Shown here one piece after another: positions 19,831 through 29,569 of a stretch of DNA of 64,000 bases. Source of the DNA: Promethearchaeia archaeon (GTDB taxonomy: Archaea > Asgardarchaeota > Lokiarchaeia > Sigyniarchaeales > SOKP01); contig JAWOCD010000039.1 of assembly GCA_046483985.1 (NCBI GenBank), forward strand, positions 1 to 64,000, in the 5' to 3' direction. The position numbers and the translations under genes were made by a program. The notes under the pieces were generated by a model that made no database searches, was not told the DNA's origin, and worked only from the letters and a program-made list of their open reading frames with translations. The stretch's first letter is position 1. Every line of letters begins with the position of its first letter.

Positions 19831-20111
19831 GGTGTAGACTTGAATAGAGCCTTCTTTAGATTGATAGAGAGGCACACCATCTGCATAGAGAATCCATAAT
19901 GTTCTTGTATTACGCCGTATTACGAGTATCCAATAATACGGGGATAATATTGGAACGGTTACGATGAAGTGTCGGAAGTGATGTGGGATCTGTATAAATT
20001 GGGCGAACAGTTTTACCCATAGAGTGCGAGAAAGCACCGTCCTTCAGGGCGGACTTGTTCGATCGTGGAACAAATCTTAACCACTTACGAAGTGAAATTA
20101 ACGGGAGTGGT
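19831..20111 (+). ncRNA. Candidate structured non-coding RNA or non-autonomous IS200/IS605-derived element
   Basis: Stems GGTGT/ACACC, CCGTATTA/TAATACGG, CCGTCC-TTCA-GGGCGG, TTGTTC/GAACAA, ACCACT/AGTGGT; no credible ORF. Confidence 0.45.
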
Positions 20112-20170
20112 ATCCGATGAATTTTTAATTCTTTAAAATTTTTAGAGGAACGAGGAATATTTATCAATTC

Positions 20171-20204
20171 TTTTCAAGTTTATCCATTTTTCAAGTTCAT
20201 CCAT
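20171..20204 (+). repeat. 17-bp tandem duplication TTTTCAAGTTYATCCAT
   Basis: Two adjacent copies with one mismatch. Confidence 0.7.
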
Positions 20205-20365
20205 TTTTTATTTTTGCCTTAAAGATTGTTTCATACTTTTTGCATTATTTAATTTCTTCAAAAATATGGAAAAATTTATACCTCAACGCTTTAAATAGTC
20301 CACCAACTTTTATTTACTAATTTATACAAAATTTTTTAGAAAAATAAAAAATTCGGCGGATTAAA

Positions 20366-21520
20366 ATGAATAAAACACATAAAATTATAACTTCATTTGT
20401 AGTTATGGCATTGCTTTCTCTTAGTTTGCCTCTCATGATGACCAGAGCTACTTCAGAGACCGGGTTTGATTATATTAACGAAGGAGACAGATACGAATTT
20501 AAGCGGATTATCGAGTCTTCAGGGACATATATAAGCGAGAACAACGATTTGGTTAGTGAGGAGAGTTCAAGGACCGAGAAACATTGGGAACTGGTGATCG
20601 AGGGAATATCGAAGGACAAAGGCATTGCGAACTTTTCGAGTAGTCTCGATGGAAGAAGCTCTGAAGATAATAAAACAACACCTCATACTTCTCTTAGGAT
20701 TAATGAGGAAAGAATAGGGGGACAATGGGTGGATTTGGAATTTGATCATGGGATGTATGTTGCAGTGGATGAGTGGGCTGATCCCTATTTTCTCCTTAGA
20801 ACGTGGAATAATTATTCCGGAGAATTTGATGATTTTGAGGAGCAATTAGAAAATGCCACGGATGATTATGATGAGTTTAAGTCCTATTCATTTAATATTG
20901 ACGACGATGCACAGACGATCGAACTCGAAATGGAGTATATCGAAGCGGATATGGATACCGCATGGAATGAATCTACTGAGGTGGTGGGGACGGGGACGAC
21001 TACGGAAATTTATAATATATCCGTAACACATAATGTTAAAGAAGAAATCACAATTTCCTATGATAATTTTATCTTGGACGAGTACAAAGAGGTCACTACA
21101 AAAACTGTGAATGACGTTAAAAATTCGAGCTATTTAGAAGATAATGATATTGTTTATCTCCAGGAATTGTATTCAGATGATAGAACTTATTATTTTGAAG
21201 AGAAACCCCAGATGACAGAACCCGATCCTACTTTTCTTGAGCAATATGGACTTTGGTTATGGATAGGGATGGGAATTGCAGGAGGGGCAGTTATTGGTGC
21301 TGTTATTTGGAAAAAAAGGAAAACTGTGTTTGGTACTGAAATAAAAAGAAATGGAAACACTTCGGATGATGATATCAAAAAGGGGAAAACATCCTTAAAG
21401 ACCAAACCTGAAGAAAATAAAAATCTTACCTCTTCAAGCTCGACTAATAGTGCTAAATTAGATGAGATAAAGGAGAATAGTTCTTCTAAGACCAAACCTG
21501 ATGAAAATGGAAAATCCTAA
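20366..21520 (+). CDS. Acidic surface protein: signal peptide, C-terminal TM anchor and cytoplasmic tail
   Basis: N-terminal hydrophobic signal, D/E-rich body, LWLWIGMGIAGGAVIGAVIW-KKRK anchor, duplicated KTKP(E/D)EN in the tail. Confidence 0.75.
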   Translation: MNKTHKIITSFVVMALLSLSLPLMMTRATSETGFDYINEGDRYEFKRIIESSGTYISENNDLVSEESSRTEKHWELVIEGISKDKGIANFSSSLDGRSSEDNKTTPHTSLRINEERIGGQWVDLEFDHGMYVAVDEWADPYFLLRTWNNYSGEFDDFEEQLENATDDYDEFKSYSFNIDDDAQTIELEMEYIEADMDTAWNESTEVVGTGTTTEIYNISVTHNVKEEITISYDNFILDEYKEVTTKTVNDVKNSSYLEDNDIVYLQELYSDDRTYYFEEKPQMTEPDPTFLEQYGLWLWIGMGIAGGAVIGAVIWKKRKTVFGTEIKRNGNTSDDDIKKGKTSLKTKPEENKNLTSSSSTNSAKLDEIKENSSSKTKPDENGKS

Positions 21521-21736
21521 AAGTGGCTGATTAGGGAATAAATAACACTTACATTTTTTTACTTATCTTATTTTTTTTATGAATTTCAAAACTAATCTTC
21601 AGCCGACAGAGTCATCATTCTCGCTTGAGAATCCATTCTGTGAGGTGCTCTCTCCCTCTCTTAAAACCGTTTCTAAGGCCTTAGTAGTATCAATCTTATT
21701 TTGCCAGTGTTCTGGTATTTTTCTGGATAATCGTAA

Positions 21737-22189
21737 TTATTCTCTTTCCAGAAGAATAACTTTAGAATGAAAATTCTTATTAATCTGGTTTACAATCTCC
21801 TCCGAGAGTTCTTGTTCTTCCAAAAATAAGATGGGACAATTTCGAATAATTCCAGTTGCTATGGAATAACAATCAGCGAGTGATATCGAATGATAGCATT
21901 TAATTTGTCCCGCTAAATCATAGAGATTAGGGTTATCTTCAAATAATAAGAAGTTCTCGATTTTTTTGAGTAATTGGTTTGCCTCTTTTTTTCCAAGAAT
22001 TCTACAAAGGATATAATATATCTCAGATTTGATGATGAAAGTTGAATAGAGTTTAGTATTTGATTGCTCTGTAAACAAATTCTCTCTAAGAAACTTTTTG
22101 ATGTCACTCTCACTTTTCTTAAAATACTCGATATAGATTCCCGTATCGAGCACAATCTTATTTGGAATTTCAATTTCTTCGATCTTCAT
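21737..22189 (-). CDS. vapC: PIN-domain (VapC-type) toxin
   Basis: IVLDTG, SEIYY, ISLADCYSIATG. Confidence 0.85.
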   Translation of the reverse strand: MKIEEIEIPNKIVLDTGIYIEYFKKSESDIKKFLRENLFTEQSNTKLYSTFIIKSEIYYILCRILGKKEANQLLKKIENFLLFEDNPNLYDLAGQIKCYHSISLADCYSIATGIIRNCPILFLEEQELSEEIVNQINKNFHSKVILLERE

Positions 22190-22204
22190 AAGTCAACACT
22201 TAAT

Positions 22205-22483
22205 CTATTCATCTAATGGGGCCCGTTGTTCCTCTCTTGCAAGTTCCTTATGCTTTTCTTCATAATATAAATCCAACGCCGAATCTGGCAAAATACCCTC
22301 AAAATCACGAAAATCTTTCATGTTAATTCTGGTTATATTATGTCTTATTTGATTTTCCAGCAGAAAATTGATTAAATCGTTATAACTTATTGCACTGCCC
22401 TTTTTCCGTTCCAATTCGAGCTTAATATCAAACAATTTTTGCTTTGTCTCATCATCAATTTGTATTGTTGTGGTCATTTTCAT
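22205..22483 (-). CDS. Putative RHH-type antitoxin
   Basis: TTTIQIDDETKQKL..SYNDLINFLL; 15 bp upstream of the PIN gene on the same strand. Confidence 0.75.
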   Translation of the reverse strand: MKMTTTIQIDDETKQKLFDIKLELERKKGSAISYNDLINFLLENQIRHNITRINMKDFRDFEGILPDSALDLYYEEKHKELAREEQRAPLDE

Positions 22484-22578
22484 ATCACCTATAACTCTAT
22501 TGATTATATAGAACTATAAAATATTTAAATTCTATTATTATCTTTTAAAATTCTTTTAGAAAATTAAACCTCTTATTA

Positions 22579-23041
22579 ATGACAGATTTGAGTATATTCG
22601 AGTATTATTATTTCTCTGCTTAAAAAAGATTTGTTCTATCCCGATGTGGTAAAAGTAGTGGAAGTAATAAAAGATTTAGAAATTCAAGTTCATATTAGTC
22701 ACATTACATATGCAGAGATATGGGTGGGGGTAATAGCAAGTGACAATCCTAAAAAAGATAAGATTAAAGTAAACAAAACGCTTTATGAACTTTTTCAAGT
22801 AAAGATTAAGGATCTTAACGTTACTATATCACGCACCGCAGCCGCAGCATTTTTAGAGTATAAAAGTATGAAAGGAACCAGAGAATATTTGATTCCAGAC
22901 TTTTTAATAGGAGCACATGCCCAATACTATACTAATTCAATTCTAACTACAAATCCCAGGGATTTTCAGAAATATATTCCCAATTTGAAGGTATTAAAAC
23001 CTTCGAAATTTCTAAAAACTCTAAGAAAAAAGAGGAAATAA
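22579..23041 (+). pseudogene. Frameshifted PIN/VapC gene
   Basis: The ATG 22579 frame (MTDLSI) joins SSIIISLLKKDLFY..TYAEIW..IPDFLIGAHA..LTTNPRDF only if 2 nt are restored, at the position of the first catalytic Asp. Confidence 0.7.
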
Positions 23042-23061
23042 AAAGAAAAAGATAATTGCTT

Positions 23062-23180
23062 TAATGATCCCGCTCTTCTTCTCTATCAAGTTTTTTCTTC
23101 TTTTCTTCATAATAATAAATCCAATGCAGAATCTGGCAAAAAACCCTAAAAATCAAGAAAATCTTTCATGGTAATTTCTG
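23062..23180 (-). pseudogene. Degenerate partial duplicate of the 3' half of the antitoxin gene 22205..22483
   Basis: cttttcttcataat..aaatccaa..gaatctggcaaaa..aaaatca.gaaaatctttcatg aligns to ~22214-22330 with indels and a stop codon. Confidence 0.8.
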
Positions 23181-23229
23181 TCAATAATCATTCGTTTCAA
23201 AGTTCCGTAAAGTGAAGTTAAAACCTAAA

Positions 23230-23560
23230 GGCTATTTAAGATATCCACCTTTTCAAACTCGGCTTTGACTCTGGATCATATTCATTTACATATTTTTCCA
23301 CGCAATCAAAGGGATCATGAGCCCCTGGGAAGCCAACCCCCAGAAGAAAGGAATTATCTTTGTTTTCACTGTTGATATATTCTTTTAGCCAATCCACGGC
23401 AAGGTCTCCTACAAAATAATCGATATATTATTCTTTAGGGACGGGCATCGGTTCGGCATTGATAATTGGGTATTTTTTTAACCATTTTTGATATGTTTCC
23501 AGTAAGCCCTTTTCTTTTAATGCACCCTTAAAAGCAGACCCTACCCTCGTGCTTTCTACA
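23230..23560 (-). pseudogene. Sulfatase gene fragment
   Basis: Manual translation: PVPKE*YIDYFVGDLAVDWLKEY..FLLGVGFPGAHDPFD; internal stop, no 5' or 3' end. Confidence 0.65.
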
Positions 23561-23757
23561 TTTAATCTAAAAATTAAAAGATTTTGGCAAACCAAATACT
23601 ATTATGAAAATTGAAAGTAAACAAGGAAATCACATATATTGGATATGGATTAACAGCAGAGATTATGATGATTCTATTAAATTCAACTATGCTTGTCCGA
23701 TTAGTTGGAGATCCTGAGACCAATCGAAGACGTCGCGGATAAGATTTCGCCTGAATA

Positions 23758-23952
23758 TCATTTTCGGACCATTCTGGTTCCGCATTCTGGACAATTTTGC
23801 TGGTTGCAAGGAACTCCCACTTGATGTTCTACTATTTTCCCGCATTGGGGACACACACACTCTCCCCCAGCCCCTGCAGCCTTAGGTCCTCCTTGTCGTC
23901 CACGCCCTGGGGCACTACCTCGACCTTCTCCTCTTCCCCCTCTACCGCTCAT
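23758..23952 (-). CDS. Small Gly/Arg-rich protein with a Cys-rich (Zn/Fe-binding) C-terminus
   Basis: GGECVCPQCG..H..GVPC..CPECGTRM; strong GGAGGTG Shine-Dalgarno upstream. Confidence 0.8.
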   Translation of the reverse strand: MSGRGGRGEGRGSAPGRGRQGGPKAAGAGGECVCPQCGKIVEHQVGVPCNQQNCPECGTRMVRK

Positions 23953-23993
23953 TTTTACACCTCCTAATTTTTTAAAAATTATCTCTAAATAGA

Positions 23994-24626
23994 TCAGAGT
24001 TCAAATTCTCCGCCAATTTCTAAGTAGCGGATGTTAACCTTATTTTGCTCTTTTACGAAATCTACCAGATTCTTTGCCATTTCTTCATCGCCTTTCCCGT
24101 AATGGTAGGGAATTACCAAACGTGGTGATATTTTCCTCATAAATTCAAAATAGTCTTTATAATAATCTTCAAAACAAGCCACGAAACAGCAATCGACCTG
24201 CTGGGGGACTGCCCTCAATTCGTCAGAATATTGTGCTGAATCGGCTGTGTGCAATATTTCCCTCCCCGCTAACAAGAGTAAAAAGGCGAGACAATCTTTT
24301 GCTTTCCAGCATTTATTTTTAATGACCTTTACGGTCCCATTTTCCAGTTGAATCTCATCGCCATGTTTCACCACTTCAATTCCCATATCCAGTTTTTCGT
24401 TAACCGATTTGGATGCATAGATCTCTAACTCTTGGTTTTCTCTGATATATTTATTTCTGATCTCCACCAGTTTTTCGGGATCCAGATGGTCATCATGCTC
24501 GTGTGTAATTAAAACTTTGTTGATTCCTCTACGAGGGGTCACAAGATAATTGGGATCGATGATAACATGGTCAAGATCGCTAATTATTTCTACGCACGCA
24601 TTTCCTAAAAATCTAACACTTATCAT
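23994..24626 (-). CDS. MBL-fold metallo-hydrolase (UPF0173/UlaG-like)
   Basis: IDP, ITHEHDDH, HTADS, IPYHY. Confidence 0.88.
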   Translation of the reverse strand: MISVRFLGNACVEIISDLDHVIIDPNYLVTPRRGINKVLITHEHDDHLDPEKLVEIRNKYIRENQELEIYASKSVNEKLDMGIEVVKHGDEIQLENGTVKVIKNKCWKAKDCLAFLLLLAGREILHTADSAQYSDELRAVPQQVDCCFVACFEDYYKDYFEFMRKISPRLVIPYHYGKGDEEMAKNLVDFVKEQNKVNIRYLEIGGEFEL

Positions 24627-24740
24627 GTTAATTACCTCTAACCATTTCTACATTTCGAGTTTGTTTAAATAAATACAATTTAAGAAGATTCTATACTAGT
24701 TTAAAAAATTTTGGTTATATTCGAAACTAAAAAATAATTG

Positions 24741-25520
24741 TTATCTTTTCTGACAAGGGGGGCAATAATATCCGTGACGGTTAGAAACCTTTAATCGTTT
24801 TATTTCACTCCCACATTGAGGACATTTTTCTTCTTTATCTCTGTGGGGTATAAGAAAGCCTTCAGGGATTTCTTTTTCTGCAATTACCCTTTCGACAGAT
24901 GTTTCCAAAACGTCATGTGTATTATTATAAAGGCCCTCCATCTCTGAGTCTGATAATTTGTTAATCTTTTTCTTGGGATGCATTCTGGCTTGAAATAATA
25001 TCTCGTCAGAATAAATGTTCCCTATACCACAGATGGTTTCTTGATCCATCAATGCAGTCTTCAAATAAGATCGTTTCTTTTTCATTTTCTCCATAAACTT
25101 TTCTCTACTTATTCGAAGAGCATCAGGTCCCAATTCTTTTTCTTTAATATATTCGTCGAGATTTTCCACAATTTTCACTTTTCCCAGCTTTCTAATGGAA
25201 ATAATCGAAAGATATTTTCCGCTTTCAAATTGAAATATTATTTTACTGTATTCGGGTTCATCTCCCATCTGTTCAAAGTATTGTAGATTGCCGCTCATCC
25301 CAAAGTGAAGCAGTAGATAACCTTCTCCGAGACCAATGAATAAATATTTCCCATATCGTCGAGACGATTGAAATGTTTTTCCTTTTATGGCTTTAAGGAA
25401 TTTATTTTTATCCATTTTCAATATATAGCCATTTCTAATGATAACATCTTTCACACCCTCATTGAGTGACGTTTGGTCAAAATGGTTTCGAAATGATTCC
25501 ACTTCTGGCAATTCTGGCAT
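24741..25520 (-). CDS. mutM: Fpg/Nei DNA glycosylase
   Basis: MPELPEVE, RRYGK, HFGMSG, LGPD, GIGNIYSDE, C-terminal Zn finger. Confidence 0.92.
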   Translation of the reverse strand: MPELPEVESFRNHFDQTSLNEGVKDVIIRNGYILKMDKNKFLKAIKGKTFQSSRRYGKYLFIGLGEGYLLLHFGMSGNLQYFEQMGDEPEYSKIIFQFESGKYLSIISIRKLGKVKIVENLDEYIKEKELGPDALRISREKFMEKMKKKRSYLKTALMDQETICGIGNIYSDEILFQARMHPKKKINKLSDSEMEGLYNNTHDVLETSVERVIAEKEIPEGFLIPHRDKEEKCPQCGSEIKRLKVSNRHGYYCPPCQKR

Positions 25521-25644
25521 TTCATGTTTTAATTTTCATTCTTCGATTTTAAAGGCTACTTATATAATTTATTTATTACTCTATTTCTGGCTCTGTGCCA
25601 TAAATAGAGATAGGCTTTATCAATAAAATTAAATTATCATTATT

Positions 25645-26946
25645 ATGTCAGACCAAGAAAAAATTGTCCTAATTGGTGCTGGCTCCCTTCAGTTTGGATT
25701 GGGAGCTGCGGGCAATATCATCAATAGTGAGGTATTAGAAGGTTCAACTATTTGCCTCCATGATATTGATAAGAAAAAATTGGGATTAATTACTCAAGCA
25801 TGTAAGGCTGCAATTGAAAAGGATGATCTTAATTATTCGCTTCAATCTACCACAGATCTTACGCAAGCGTTAGAAAATGCCTCCTTTATTATAAACTCGA
25901 TTGAAGTGGGTCCTCGATTTGAACTCTGGGATCAAGATTACGAAATACCTCGGAAATACGGGAATAAGCAAGTATACGGCGAGAATGGCGGTCCTGGTGG
26001 TATGTTTCATAGTTTGCGGATCATACCTCCAATCCTCGATATCTGTGAAGAAATTACGAAGGTTTGTCCTGATGCGTTTTTAATCAACTTTTCTAATCCG
26101 ATGAGTAGGATTTGCCTAGCAATCCATAAAAAATATCCGAAATTGAATTTTGTAGGATTATGCCACGAATATCATCATCATCTTCCCATCATAGCCAAAA
26201 TCATTGAAACTGATGTTTCGAATTTAGAAGTAAAAGCAGGAGGATTGAATCATTTTGGTGTTATTTTGGATATAAAATATAAAGATTCTGGAAAAGACGC
26301 CTACCCGGACATCAGAAAAAAAGGACCCCACTATTTAGAAGACCTCAATACACTTGACGGTAATAACGTTATGAAATTCATTTTAAAGCAATATGGATAC
26401 ATTCCATATACCACAGACAGTCATTATGGAGAATATCTCCATTGGGCATGGGATGTGGTAGATATAGAGGGGATCAAACGATTTAAGGAGACCTATAAGC
26501 AAAGCCTTGCATATGAAAATAAAAAAATAGAACGCCTTATCAGAAAGGGAAAGGGAGCCCAGCTTGTAGAACCCGATGAGGAGCGAGCCATCCCGATCAT
26601 AGAAGGGATCCTTACTGATTCAAATCATCGAGAAGCATCCGTAAATATTCCGAATGATAGTATTATCTCCAATCTTTCCGACGAATTGGTTGTTGAATGT
26701 CCCGCCATAATTAATAAGGAGGGGATTAATGGTGTTCCCTTAGGAGAATTTCCAGAAAGCTTAGCTTCGCTACTTACCATTCAAGGAGAGGTCCAAAAAC
26801 TAGTGGTAAAAACTGTACTTACGGGAACGAAGGAAACTGCTATCCAAGCCCTATTAGCAGATCCTGTCGTGAATAGTTTCTCTGCAGCACATAATATGCT
26901 GGATGAAATTCTTGAGAGACAAAAGGAGTATATTCATTTGGATTAA
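25645..26946 (+). CDS. GH4 NAD-dependent alpha-glucosidase/alpha-galactosidase
   Basis: IGAGSLQF, GENGGPGG, NFSNP, GLCHE, GLNHF, ALLADP. Confidence 0.9.
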   Translation: MSDQEKIVLIGAGSLQFGLGAAGNIINSEVLEGSTICLHDIDKKKLGLITQACKAAIEKDDLNYSLQSTTDLTQALENASFIINSIEVGPRFELWDQDYEIPRKYGNKQVYGENGGPGGMFHSLRIIPPILDICEEITKVCPDAFLINFSNPMSRICLAIHKKYPKLNFVGLCHEYHHHLPIIAKIIETDVSNLEVKAGGLNHFGVILDIKYKDSGKDAYPDIRKKGPHYLEDLNTLDGNNVMKFILKQYGYIPYTTDSHYGEYLHWAWDVVDIEGIKRFKETYKQSLAYENKKIERLIRKGKGAQLVEPDEERAIPIIEGILTDSNHREASVNIPNDSIISNLSDELVVECPAIINKEGINGVPLGEFPESLASLLTIQGEVQKLVVKTVLTGTKETAIQALLADPVVNSFSAAHNMLDEILERQKEYIHLD

Positions 26947-26993
26947 GATTAAAGTTATTTTATCCTCTCAATTTTAACGATCTGCGAAAGAAG

Positions 26994-27016
26994 TCCCCAT
27001 CCCTTTAGGGAGGGGA
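26994..27016. repeat. IS200/IS605-end-like GC hairpin between convergent genes (possible terminator)
   Basis: TCCCC-A-TCCC-TTTA-GGGA-GGGGA preceded by GAAG. Confidence 0.55.
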
Positions 27017-27021
27017 TGATA

Positions 27022-27282
27022 TTACCAAGTAACTTTTATGGCATCCTCGGGACAAACCTCCTCGCATTTTAAACAGCGAGAGCATAAGGACCCCCAAAGA
27101 GGCGTTATACGCCAATCTTGCGGATCATAAGGATCTTCTTGTTGATCTTCAGACCCGACAGGGGGATGCATAATAAATACTGCGGGGTCGCAAGCTTTTA
27201 GACACTTGGCACAATCTCGGGGATCTACCACCCCGTTTTCTCCGCATAGACGATAGTCAATTATTATTTTTGTTTTTCCCAT
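27022..27282 (-). CDS. Small ferredoxin-like protein
   Basis: CAKCLKAC and CSRCLKCEEVCP..AI motifs. Confidence 0.8.
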   Translation of the reverse strand: MGKTKIIIDYRLCGENGVVDPRDCAKCLKACDPAVFIMHPPVGSEDQQEDPYDPQDWRITPLWGSLCSRCLKCEEVCPEDAIKVTW

Positions 27283-27296
27283 GGTTTCTCACTATT

Positions 27297-28166
27297 TCAA
27301 TATTCCCCATCAAATCCGGGAAATTCTTCCCGTGGAATTAATTTTAAAGCATCATGTTGGCATACATGCCGACACACGCCACAACCAAAACACTTTTCAT
27401 AGTCAATAATAACCCTTCCTAGTGATGGAATAAATCTAATGGCTGAAAACTGACACATTGCCACGCATTGTTTGCATCCCTGGCATTTATCTTGGTCCAA
27501 TTGAATTATATATTCTGCCTTATAAACGGCCTTGAGTCCGAAATTATTGCGTAAGGTTAGCCCTCCGCATTCTGGGCTCTCACATGAGCAAATTGCATTA
27601 ATATAAGGTACTGGCTGAAACCAAACAGATGCGATATACCCTTTTTTATTATTTTTCTCTAAAATCTGCATTGCCTCTTCCCGATCAATCCGAGGGGTTC
27701 TCTCTTTTGGAATAAATCTGGGGAGCTTTTCAATTACTCCAGAAAGTACTCCAAAATTAATACAAACTGCCTCTTTCTCGCCTCTCTGCATCCAACGGCA
27801 CATACAGTAATTACAGATGATAGGTTCCGCTGCAAGACTTGATAAAATTGCTTTTCCATCCTCTAAAGGTATTACTTGCCCGAAATGTCCATCAGCTCTA
27901 ACCGGATTTCTGTTTTTACCTTCGCTGTGAATCATTTTCTCTGCTTTCCAGCGAAGTAATCTCCCAATAATGGGCATTTGTAATTTGTATCCCAAATTCT
28001 TTGATGAAATTCCCATTATCTTTCGAATGAAGACTTGCTCAAAATTCATCCATTGCTCTTCTAAATAATTTTTGAGGTTCATCTCATCTGCTAATTCATA
28101 TGAGTAATTTCGAGCATTGAGATACCATTTTTTTCCTGCTCCATGTTTCATACACCAATCGCACAT
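27297..28166 (-). CDS. 4Fe-4S dicluster-domain protein
   Basis: N-terminal MCDWC, CMCR, ICSC, and two C-terminal CxxCxxCxxxC motifs. Confidence 0.85.
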   Translation of the reverse strand: MCDWCMKHGAGKKWYLNARNYSYELADEMNLKNYLEEQWMNFEQVFIRKIMGISSKNLGYKLQMPIIGRLLRWKAEKMIHSEGKNRNPVRADGHFGQVIPLEDGKAILSSLAAEPIICNYCMCRWMQRGEKEAVCINFGVLSGVIEKLPRFIPKERTPRIDREEAMQILEKNNKKGYIASVWFQPVPYINAICSCESPECGGLTLRNNFGLKAVYKAEYIIQLDQDKCQGCKQCVAMCQFSAIRFIPSLGRVIIDYEKCFGCGVCRHVCQHDALKLIPREEFPGFDGEY

Positions 28167-28288
28167 ACTTAATAAGATAGGTGAATTGCCTTAATAACAT
28201 TTTTCATACTCATTCCATTCTTAAATTGCTTAAAAAAGAACCTTATAAAAAAAAATAAAATAGTAAAAATGATAAAAAAATGGGTGAT

Positions 28289-29362
28289 TTATTCTGCTTC
28301 TTGTTCATTTTTTATGGACTTGAACTTTTCCTTGACTTTAGGTTTTGCGAATCGATATATTTCCAATATACCGAAAATCCCAAAAACATAACTCACATAT
28401 ATTGTGATTGTTACGGGATCCAAATAATCTTCGTAATAAATGTCGGCAAAGATTCCACCGAATCTGTTTATTGGTTTTACAGCCATATACCAAGGATTTT
28501 CTACATGTTCTCCTCGATCCGAATAGCCTGCATCCGAATAGAGGATCTGGGAATTTTTCTCTCTTAATTCCGTCATGATTGCCTCTTCGCTAAATTCTGT
28601 TGCATTTAGTATTGTCCAACCATGAATCCCTCCACTCTGCATATCATCGGGTCGATGCATATCAGATCCTGTAATCATTCCAATATCATTCTCTTCGCAG
28701 AATACTTCAGATTCTTCGTCATAATGATTCGCAGGAGCAGAATCATCATTTACAATCTCAATATAATCTACTCCCCACTCTAATAATTGTTCTCTGGATG
28801 GGTGATCATCCATTTGCGCTTGATTAATACTCCATGGAATATGATTACATGTGACCACTCCGTTTTGATCATGTACCTCCTTAATTGCCTTTTTAATTTC
28901 ATCATTAGTTGGATTCGAAGGAATTTCTGAACCCCATTCTGAAATCCCTAAGAAATTCATATGAATACGGTCGGTAGTCCACTCCATACCTTGTATAAGT
29001 ACCAGATTTTCATATTCGTTTTGAAGTTCATTAATATCCTCTTTATTTTCAAGGGTATTATGGTCGGTAAATATAATGGTGTTATATCCCATAGATATAT
29101 GCCACTCAATATTTTGCTTTACGGTAAGATATCCATCGCTATATAAAGTATGGGAATGCTGGTCTAAGATAACATTATATTGGGACTCATTGTAACCTGG
29201 GGGGCTGATTGAATCAACATCTTTCCAATCATCGGCAGCGTAGGAATAAGGGGTAGGTCCATCTGTGTAAACCAAAATAGAACCTGCAATTATCATTGTA
29301 GAGATAAATAAAAATAAACTGAGTCTTATAGAAAAATGTAATATGTTTTTTTTAGTAACCAT
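28289..29362 (-). CDS. Membrane-anchored PHP-domain phosphoesterase
   Basis: HSHTLYSDG, TDHN, GMEWT, NHIPW, GSDMH; N- and C-terminal TM. Start refined to ATG 29362. Confidence 0.85.
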   Translation of the reverse strand: MVTKKNILHFSIRLSLFLFISTMIIAGSILVYTDGPTPYSYAADDWKDVDSISPPGYNESQYNVILDQHSHTLYSDGYLTVKQNIEWHISMGYNTIIFTDHNTLENKEDINELQNEYENLVLIQGMEWTTDRIHMNFLGISEWGSEIPSNPTNDEIKKAIKEVHDQNGVVTCNHIPWSINQAQMDDHPSREQLLEWGVDYIEIVNDDSAPANHYDEESEVFCEENDIGMITGSDMHRPDDMQSGGIHGWTILNATEFSEEAIMTELREKNSQILYSDAGYSDRGEHVENPWYMAVKPINRFGGIFADIYYEDYLDPVTITIYVSYVFGIFGILEIYRFAKPKVKEKFKSIKNEQEAE

Positions 29363-29569
29363 GAAAGAAATAGTTTCTAAAGAATTATAAAACTTTAAGA
29401 ATTTATTCAAGAGTTTATAAATCCAAGAACGCAAATAAGATGATTATAAACTCGATTATTAGAAAAATCGGAGCGAAACACACGGAGAAAATGATACTCG
29501 ATAAATTATCGGATTCATTCCTATTAATTTTTTGAATCGGATCGACAAAAAAAAAAAAGGTAAGTATAT

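Noticed and set aside
19828-20167. ORFs 19828..20037 and 19910..20167
   Set aside because: No recognisable TnpB or other motifs, atypical composition, and they overlap the structured segment.
21596-21736. Open frame continuing past the vapC stop codon
   Set aside because: The PIN domain is already complete and the extension has no motif; likely chance or an unidentifiable remnant.
23997-24016. GAGTTCAAATTCTCC resembling a tRNA T-arm
   Set aside because: The stem is not complementary, there is no cloverleaf, and it is the antisense of a CDS end.
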